Of a stretch of 16,011 nt of DNA, positions 6,582 to 13,922 are shown piece after piece. Each line of letters starts with the position of its first letter. Position 1 is the stretch's first letter. The notes under the pieces are model-generated. The model was not told the origin of the DNA, did not search any database, and saw only the letters and a list, made by a program, of their open reading frames with translations. Source of the stretch: a virus. Taxonomy: Duplodnaviria; Heunggongvirae; Uroviricota; Caudoviricetes. The stretch is taken from positions 1-16,011 of IMG/VR virus record IMGVR_UViG_3300001765_000035; one strand, written 5' to 3'. Position numbers and translations under genes: made by a program.

Positions 6582-9500
6582 ATGGCAAGTAACCCTTATT
6601 TAGCAATCGCAGAAGCAGAACTTAACGATAGGCTAAATGGGCCTACTTTACTTCCAGAACCTACATCATTAACATCAGATAAAACTTCATTATTAGCAAA
6701 TAGAAAAGAAGAGAAAGTAAGTCGTCTTGGTAAGTTAGCTCAAGGAGCTGATCTACAGAATAATACCTATTCAGAAATAGGTAACGGACTTTTAGAAAGT
6801 AATGCCAACAAAGTGTGGAATGACTTAAGTGGTGCACAACTACAAGATGCTTTTAGTGATGCTGCTGATAAATCATTACGTCAAGATCCAGTTACAGGTA
6901 AAGTATACTCTAACGTTACAGGTGAAGAATTCACCGGAGATACTAGACGTATGTACATGTACGGAACAAAAGATGATCCTAATGTAGTTAAAGTAGGATT
7001 GGCTAGAGGAGATTTACCTAGCTCTGATTATAGGTATACTCCAGGACAAGCTGAAGCTGAAGGTTATAACACAGGTAAAAACGGTTATGGGTGGGATGCT
7101 GGTGAGAATGGTGTAGACTTAAAAAAGAACTATATGGATATGCTACTTCCATACGAAACTGCTACTGCTTTAGAAGGTATGGTACATGGTAATAAAACAG
7201 CACTAGAAAATAGACAATTTCCTGATGTTATGGCTCCTGAAGCATTAGCTCATGCAAGTGGTGTTAGTGAATACTATAATGATGTATCAGGTATACTTGG
7301 TGATACTAGAGGTATGACACCAGAAGAACTTACTCAAGCTGAGAATAATATACTTGCTGAGAAAGAACTACTTCCGGGAGCAGAAAGCTGGAGTTCAAAG
7401 CATGGACAAAGTGGTGGATCATCATTTGCTGACTTTAAACCAGATCCTGGTATGCAACTACCAGAAGCAATGGCTAGTGGATACGCTAACCTATCTTCAC
7501 GAGGAGCAGAACTTGTAGGTAGTTTAGTAGAACTAGCTGGAGAAGGTGTTGAAAAATTAGATGAATGGCAGAACGGTTATAACAAAGAGAACCCTGCTTC
7601 TGAAGAAAGTAATGTATCTGAAAGTGCATTAAAAAGTATTGGTAGTTTCTTAAAAGAAGAAGGCGCACAGATACAGACTGAACAACAAGACTGGAGAGAA
7701 AAAGGTAAGTATGATGAACTTGTAGGTTATGACACATCTTCTGTACAAGGTTTTGGTAAAGAGCTTGCAGACATGGTAGAAAAAGGTGATTACCTAGAAG
7801 CTGTAGGTCACATGTTCGATACACGTTCAATAACAGCATTTACTCAGTCTTTACCTGAAATGGTTGTAATGGCTAACCCATTCGGTCTAGGTGGAGTTGT
7901 ATCTGCTAACATAGCAAGTAACCTAAACGAACTAGAAGATAGTGCCGCTAAAGCAGGTATTGAATTATCAGATGAAGACAAGATGACATCTGCCGCACTA
8001 AGCACTGTAGGTACATTACTTGATAGATTTGGTGATAAGGTTACATTAGGATCCGCTAAAGGTTTGTCTACTATGATGAAAGGTATGCCTGAAGGTGTAC
8101 AGAATAAAGTAATAGGAATGTTCGGAGATCGTTTAACTGCAGTAGGTGTAGAGATTGCTTCAATAGCCCCTAAAGCGGCAGTAGAAGGTATTACAGAAAC
8201 AGCACAGACTGTATTAGAGAATAAAGCAACTGATGCTAGTAAGATGAATACTGAACTTACAGATAAAGAACAACGAGAAGCATTAGAAGCTGGTATGATT
8301 GGTATGGCTGCAGGTGGTGTTCCATCAGCTGCTACAGCTACAAAAGCTGCTATAAGTAACTTTACAGGAATGTCAGTAGAACAGCTTAAAGCTGAAATGG
8401 ATCGTAGAAAACAAACTAGAAATAGTACACGCCCTCAAGTAGGTACAGATATTCCTGCAGTAGCTCCTACAATGGATGATATTGCAAATATAGATGTAGA
8501 GATCGGTAATGATGGTATAGAAGGTACACTAGCAAGTGTTATGGAACTACAAAACAGAGTAGAGGATTTTGAAGATTCAGACGAATTATCCCCGGAAGTT
8601 AAAGCAGAGTACGCTAAACGTAAAGAGACATTAACATTAGCATTTGATGATATGTCAAACGATGAGCCTATTAAATTCGGTAGTACTGCTGATGCAGAAA
8701 GTTTCTTACTTACTGTACTAAAAGGTAAAACATTAGATGATGTTATTGAACCTAAATTAGAAAGCTTTGCAAAAATTAATAATATATCTTCTGAAAGTCT
8801 TACTAAGATTAAAAACTTAATTACTGTAGAACAAGAAGCTATCGGTGGTAAACGTGGAGCAGCAAGTTATTTAGCAGAAGCTAAAGTCTATATGAAAGAT
8901 CCTGAAAAGAATTCTAAAAAGATTCAAAAACTAGGTACCCGTATGGGTAGTTTCTACGATAAAGAAGTAGAGTATAAATCTGCAGTAGACAGCGTTATTG
9001 ATGAATTAGGGACAATACTTAAGACTAGAGAAGCAGGTGTAAAAGCTACACAGACAAGTATTAAGCGTATTCTTCCTATAAGTAACAATCGTAAAAAAGA
9101 ACATAAGATAGAATTTAAAGTAAATAGTCTTGAAGATATACAACAAAGTCTAGTTAACGCTAAAAAAATATCAGATGCTACAGGTAGAGTATTAACAAAC
9201 CTTGAAGACGGTATGGTTACAATCGGTAAAGAAACTACTAAAGCTAATGTTACTCTTGATGGATTTGATGGAGGTATCACAGTACCGGCTGCAACAAAAC
9301 CTAAGAATCAAAAGTTTAGAGATAATGATCAAAAACTGTATAGCGAACATGATGTGAGTAAAGTTATACTTGATACTAACCACGGATATAAGTGGAATGA
9401 GTATAAAAAAGTAGCAAGTAATAGTAAGCTTGTAAATACTAAAAAATATACTTCTGAAGATGTAGTAGTTGTAAACAGTTCTACTCCTGCAAAAAGCAGA

Positions 9501-12500
9501 AATATAAAAGGTTATGTACACAAGTTAGATAAAGCAACTATAAATGAAATAGTAAAAGCTAAAAAAGCTGGAGCAACTATAGTAATGGATAGTCAATTAG
9601 ATAACAAAGCAAAGGTAGCAATAAGAACTGCTATAACTATTGGACATACTTACTCAGCAGCAGATGCTGATAGTAAAGTGTATAAACCAAAAGAAAAAGC
9701 TATAGTAGAGAAAGCTGAAATAGATGCTGTAAAAGCTAAAGCAGCAGATAAAGCAAAAGCTAAATCAAAAGCTAATGGTAATTTAACACTAAGTATAGCA
9801 GCATTAATAAACGACATATCTGAAATAGATGATATAAGTACAAAAGCTAAAAAAGATACTTCCTTTAAAGAAGCAGCTACTAATGCTAAAGAGTATTATA
9901 GTGCAACAGATACAGAAGATGTACGTCAAGATAAGATGATAAAAGCTTCTACAAGTGCTATAAAAAAGCAAGTACAAGAACTTAGCAATGGCTATAGAAA
10001 AGCTATGGTAGACAATGATTCAGAACTAACAAGTATGGATATAGCCGATGTAAATAAGAAATGGCTTGTAGGCAAAGATTACTCAACAGTAGCAAAGAAG
10101 ATCGAAGAACTTGCTGTTAAAAAAGCTACAGACGATATTAGTAATGTTAATGCTAAAGTAAATATGCTTAGTAAATGGAAAGGTATTCTAGCTACAGCTA
10201 AAGATAAAGGCGGTATATCTGAAACAGATGCTATAAACGCATTGCTTACAAGTAAAGAATATGGACATATTACAGAAGCTAAAAAGGTTGTTGAGAACAT
10301 ACTTAAAAAGACAGGTATAAGTCTTAAAAGATATAGAGATAGTATTACAGATAAGAAAATAGGTATGACTTTAACACTAGACATAAATGAGATAGTTGAA
10401 CTTAAAGGTACGCCTACAGTGTTTAATACACTACCTGTAGATAATATGGGATCTAAGCTTTATGAAATATTCAATAATGCTAAAAAAGTATTTACAGCTC
10501 CTAACGTAGATGTAGTACAAGGTAATACTAAAAAAGATCCTTCTATTAAGACTAAAGAAGAACATAAAAAAGCCGGAGGTTTTGCTACCTTATTTGATTA
10601 TTCATTGTATAACGATCCTGCTAGAATGTTACTTATGGAAGAAGTTAACGATAAGACAGTACTTAATGATAACGTAGTTGCAGCAATGACAACTGCTGTA
10701 ATAGAACAGATAGCGATCAACGGTAGAATGATCTCAGATAAGTATAAGACTAAAGAAGACGTAGCTAGAATGCACGGAATAGAAGCTTACTCTATAGGTA
10801 ATAGAGAAGCTATTGATCTTGGTAAACATGGTATGTTAAAGAAAACTTTAGCTGATGATATGGGAAAAGCTATAGCTAAACACTTAGGTATTAAGCGTAA
10901 AGCAAATAGTGAAGTAGCAGATACAGAACAGTATGATAGATTAATAGCTGACTTAGGACAGTATGCTATACTACTTGGTGTAGATATGAAAGTATTCGAT
11001 ATGGATGAAATGTCTGTAGAAGAATATATGCATCTACTAGGTAGGGATGGTGCATTAGATGACAGTGCAGAGAATATAACTGGAACTACTGTAGGTTTTG
11101 TAAAGATTCCTGGTGATATCTATGATGATGTTATAGAAGAATACAAAGAATCATTTGAAGTATTGAAAGAACAATTACCTGATGTATCTACTATACGAAG
11201 AGAACCTTCAGATGTAGAGATAGGAAAAGGTACTAAAGAAGCACGTAAGAATACTATATCAAAAGATATATCTGGGTTTAAGCCTGCAGAAGAAGCTAAG
11301 ACAACATTAGAAAATCTAATGAATCAAGAGTATAGTGTAAACTTTGAATTAGTAAATCAGGTACTTGATAATCAGGATGATATCAAAGCTTTACTTGGTT
11401 GGATTGATATGGAAAATACGGATGCTCTAGAAGCATTATCATACGAAAGCAGAGAAATACAACCTGCAATCAATATGGATATAGAAAGATCTATAGAAGA
11501 ATTATCGTTACTAAAAGATAAGTATACTGATAATGAAGATGTAGGTTTATTCTTTGAATGGTTCTATACTAAGAACGGTCGTTATATGATGGATAGTAAT
11601 ACAATTAATCCTCAGACAGACAAACAGCTACATAGATTTATAGTAACACCTAAAGAGCATAAAGTAATGTATGGTGTTAGCTATAAAGAAGATGTACCTC
11701 AGTTTACAGTTACGGATTGGGTAGGACAGTCTAACACAGAACTAAAAGCTAAAGCTGATGTAGATCCTAAAGTAGTTCAACAAAATATGTATTACGCACT
11801 AGCACAAGGTTTAGGTATTGCTACAGATAAAAAAGAGAGTAGCAAATTCTATACACAAATGCAAAGATTGCTTGAAGGTACTGCGAATAGTAAATTAGAG
11901 ATAATCTATGAAGGTCCTAAAGATATACAGATTATAGAAGATGCTAAAATAGCTGACATACGTAATATATTTATGAAGAAAGGTGAATTACGTATTAACG
12001 TTAAAGATAACACTAATCCTGATAACTACATAAAGATTGAAGTAGAACATTTTACACATGCGCTACAAGCGTTTAGTATACTAGAGAAGATTGAAAATAA
12101 TGATACAAGCATAACTAGCTCAATTACAGCAGAGTTCGATGCGGTAACTTCAGGTTTCGCTATTAAGTTAGCACAGATGCCGGTTATAGGAAGAACGTTA
12201 AGATACGCACTTAAAGTAGGTATAATACCAAAAGTATTGATAAATGCTGATGATGCTAAAATGAGTGCGATGTTTAACGGGTTTACCGGTGGAGAATCAT
12301 GGGCTGACTTTAAGAAAGACCATAAAGAACTATTGGACTATTTAGATACAAAACCTAAAGTAAGTATGAATGATATCCTTGATGGTAAGATCAGAGATTC
12401 ATACCAGACAGCAGCAGAACAAATGGTAGATATAGATTCAAAACTAATAGAGAGTTCATTAAGCAGTAAAGAACTACAGCAAGCTTATCCTGATTTTGTA

Positions 12501-13922
12501 AACTATGCAGGTGTTTTAGCTGATATGCGTAAAGGACATGGTACTGAGGGTAAAAGTACATGGGATATACTTTATGGAATGTTGCCTAAGCATATAGCCG
12601 GAACTGCTGTTAAGTCTGATTTGCGTACATTGTTTAAGAATCCTTTCATGATCTTTAACTATAGTGCTTCTATTAAGAGTATTAGAATATCACTAGCGAA
12701 TAAACTAGCTACAGATATATTAGAGAAAGTTTTAGCTAATAAAGAGAAAACTGTTATTGAAGAATTATTTAAAAGTTTAAATATGAATATTGGTACAGGT
12801 AAACTACAGGTAGACGGTAAGAAGATTACTACTGTAGATGAATTACGTAAAGCAATTCAAGAAGTACCTGCAGATAGAATAATGTTAGGTAATAGTAAAA
12901 AACATAACCTACATACATTGCTGAGTACTCTTATAAATGCTTCATATGGTAGTAAGTTAGAAACAGTATTAACTAAAGAGTTTAAACCATTCTTAGATAT
13001 ACAAGCTGTAATTAACAACTCCTTTAAAGGTATGTTTGAAGTATTCAACATAGAGTATACAAAAGCTTTAGAGGACAAAAGAGCAGCTAACGATGGTATA
13101 TTAACAGTACAAGGTAAATTAGAAGTATTAATGGCTATGCAAGATGCATTCCCGGCAATTAAGGGACCATTCACTAAAGATGATATGAAAGCGTTAATAC
13201 CTATATATAAAACCAAATCAGGTACACCCGACAAAAGTGTAGGTGCTAAGACGTGGTTATCAAAAGGATGGGCTAAAAAGAACCTTGGTGAAAGTCAAGA
13301 GACATTAAACATCTGGCATAAGATTAAAGAGTTTGATGCAGCTATAAGTGCTGGTTCAGTTGTACCAATACACTTTATAGATGGTGCATTAATGGGTAGA
13401 ACATTAAATCATATGACTAGTGAATATAAAAGTGCTATGACAACATCAATCCATGATGCGGTTATGCCTCCATTGCTATTAGCAAATGAGGTTACAAGAC
13501 AGTACAATAAAGAATTTATAGATATGTCAGATGAGTATAGTGTTATAGATGAAATAGTAGCTGGATTAGAACGTGTATTAAAAAACAAGTCTAATGACGA
13601 AGCTTATAACGCAACTAATAGTTATAACGTAAATGGTAAGTGGGAAACACTTTCTGTATCAGACTTTGTAAAGCAAGCATTAAAAGATGCTAAAGCTCAA
13701 CAAAAAAAGATTATCAAAGGTAGAAAACAGTTTAAAGAAGTATTGGATGAAGACGGTGCCTACGTAATGCACATGGCAGGTATGTCTGAAGGTGTATTTG
13801 AACATCCAGGAAAGCCTAAGTTGAAAAGTAGTAAACTACAGGAACAGGTTGACAAGGGTAATATACCATTTGAAGCAGCAAAAGAATTTGAAGATAGCAT
13901 AGGGAAGTGTAATGGCTTGTAA
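6582..13922 (+). CDS. vRNAP: virion-encapsidated single-subunit DNA-dependent RNA polymerase, N4 gp50-like (N-terminal region plus polymerase domain, 2446 aa)
   Basis: T7/N4 RNAP motifs in order: TKNGRY-MMDSNTINPQTDK (DxxGR equivalent, R1667, nt 11568-11624), motif A EFDAVTSG (D1853, 12132-12155), motif B RTLFKNPFMIFNY (R2015, K2019, Y2027; 12624-12662), PIHFIDG (13365-13385), motif C IHDA (D2292, 13449-13460). The motif B to C distance of 273 aa is N4-like rather than T7-like. A ~1240-aa N-terminal extension precedes the polymerase. Confidence 0.93.
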   Translation: MASNPYLAIAEAELNDRLNGPTLLPEPTSLTSDKTSLLANRKEEKVSRLGKLAQGADLQNNTYSEIGNGLLESNANKVWNDLSGAQLQDAFSDAADKSLRQDPVTGKVYSNVTGEEFTGDTRRMYMYGTKDDPNVVKVGLARGDLPSSDYRYTPGQAEAEGYNTGKNGYGWDAGENGVDLKKNYMDMLLPYETATALEGMVHGNKTALENRQFPDVMAPEALAHASGVSEYYNDVSGILGDTRGMTPEELTQAENNILAEKELLPGAESWSSKHGQSGGSSFADFKPDPGMQLPEAMASGYANLSSRGAELVGSLVELAGEGVEKLDEWQNGYNKENPASEESNVSESALKSIGSFLKEEGAQIQTEQQDWREKGKYDELVGYDTSSVQGFGKELADMVEKGDYLEAVGHMFDTRSITAFTQSLPEMVVMANPFGLGGVVSANIASNLNELEDSAAKAGIELSDEDKMTSAALSTVGTLLDRFGDKVTLGSAKGLSTMMKGMPEGVQNKVIGMFGDRLTAVGVEIASIAPKAAVEGITETAQTVLENKATDASKMNTELTDKEQREALEAGMIGMAAGGVPSAATATKAAISNFTGMSVEQLKAEMDRRKQTRNSTRPQVGTDIPAVAPTMDDIANIDVEIGNDGIEGTLASVMELQNRVEDFEDSDELSPEVKAEYAKRKETLTLAFDDMSNDEPIKFGSTADAESFLLTVLKGKTLDDVIEPKLESFAKINNISSESLTKIKNLITVEQEAIGGKRGAASYLAEAKVYMKDPEKNSKKIQKLGTRMGSFYDKEVEYKSAVDSVIDELGTILKTREAGVKATQTSIKRILPISNNRKKEHKIEFKVNSLEDIQQSLVNAKKISDATGRVLTNLEDGMVTIGKETTKANVTLDGFDGGITVPAATKPKNQKFRDNDQKLYSEHDVSKVILDTNHGYKWNEYKKVASNSKLVNTKKYTSEDVVVVNSSTPAKSRNIKGYVHKLDKATINEIVKAKKAGATIVMDSQLDNKAKVAIRTAITIGHTYSAADADSKVYKPKEKAIVEKAEIDAVKAKAADKAKAKSKANGNLTLSIAALINDISEIDDISTKAKKDTSFKEAATNAKEYYSATDTEDVRQDKMIKASTSAIKKQVQELSNGYRKAMVDNDSELTSMDIADVNKKWLVGKDYSTVAKKIEELAVKKATDDISNVNAKVNMLSKWKGILATAKDKGGISETDAINALLTSKEYGHITEAKKVVENILKKTGISLKRYRDSITDKKIGMTLTLDINEIVELKGTPTVFNTLPVDNMGSKLYEIFNNAKKVFTAPNVDVVQGNTKKDPSIKTKEEHKKAGGFATLFDYSLYNDPARMLLMEEVNDKTVLNDNVVAAMTTAVIEQIAINGRMISDKYKTKEDVARMHGIEAYSIGNREAIDLGKHGMLKKTLADDMGKAIAKHLGIKRKANSEVADTEQYDRLIADLGQYAILLGVDMKVFDMDEMSVEEYMHLLGRDGALDDSAENITGTTVGFVKIPGDIYDDVIEEYKESFEVLKEQLPDVSTIRREPSDVEIGKGTKEARKNTISKDISGFKPAEEAKTTLENLMNQEYSVNFELVNQVLDNQDDIKALLGWIDMENTDALEALSYESREIQPAINMDIERSIEELSLLKDKYTDNEDVGLFFEWFYTKNGRYMMDSNTINPQTDKQLHRFIVTPKEHKVMYGVSYKEDVPQFTVTDWVGQSNTELKAKADVDPKVVQQNMYYALAQGLGIATDKKESSKFYTQMQRLLEGTANSKLEIIYEGPKDIQIIEDAKIADIRNIFMKKGELRINVKDNTNPDNYIKIEVEHFTHALQAFSILEKIENNDTSITSSITAEFDAVTSGFAIKLAQMPVIGRTLRYALKVGIIPKVLINADDAKMSAMFNGFTGGESWADFKKDHKELLDYLDTKPKVSMNDILDGKIRDSYQTAAEQMVDIDSKLIESSLSSKELQQAYPDFVNYAGVLADMRKGHGTEGKSTWDILYGMLPKHIAGTAVKSDLRTLFKNPFMIFNYSASIKSIRISLANKLATDILEKVLANKEKTVIEELFKSLNMNIGTGKLQVDGKKITTVDELRKAIQEVPADRIMLGNSKKHNLHTLLSTLINASYGSKLETVLTKEFKPFLDIQAVINNSFKGMFEVFNIEYTKALEDKRAANDGILTVQGKLEVLMAMQDAFPAIKGPFTKDDMKALIPIYKTKSGTPDKSVGAKTWLSKGWAKKNLGESQETLNIWHKIKEFDAAISAGSVVPIHFIDGALMGRTLNHMTSEYKSAMTTSIHDAVMPPLLLANEVTRQYNKEFIDMSDEYSVIDEIVAGLERVLKNKSNDEAYNATNSYNVNGKWETLSVSDFVKQALKDAKAQQKKIIKGRKQFKEVLDEDGAYVMHMAGMSEGVFEHPGKPKLKSSKLQEQVDKGNIPFEAAKEFEDSIGKCNGL

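Noticed and set aside
12040-12075. EHFTH in the polymerase as a second metal-binding motif
   Set aside because: It is not HExxH and falls in the conserved helix preceding motif A of single-subunit RNAPs.
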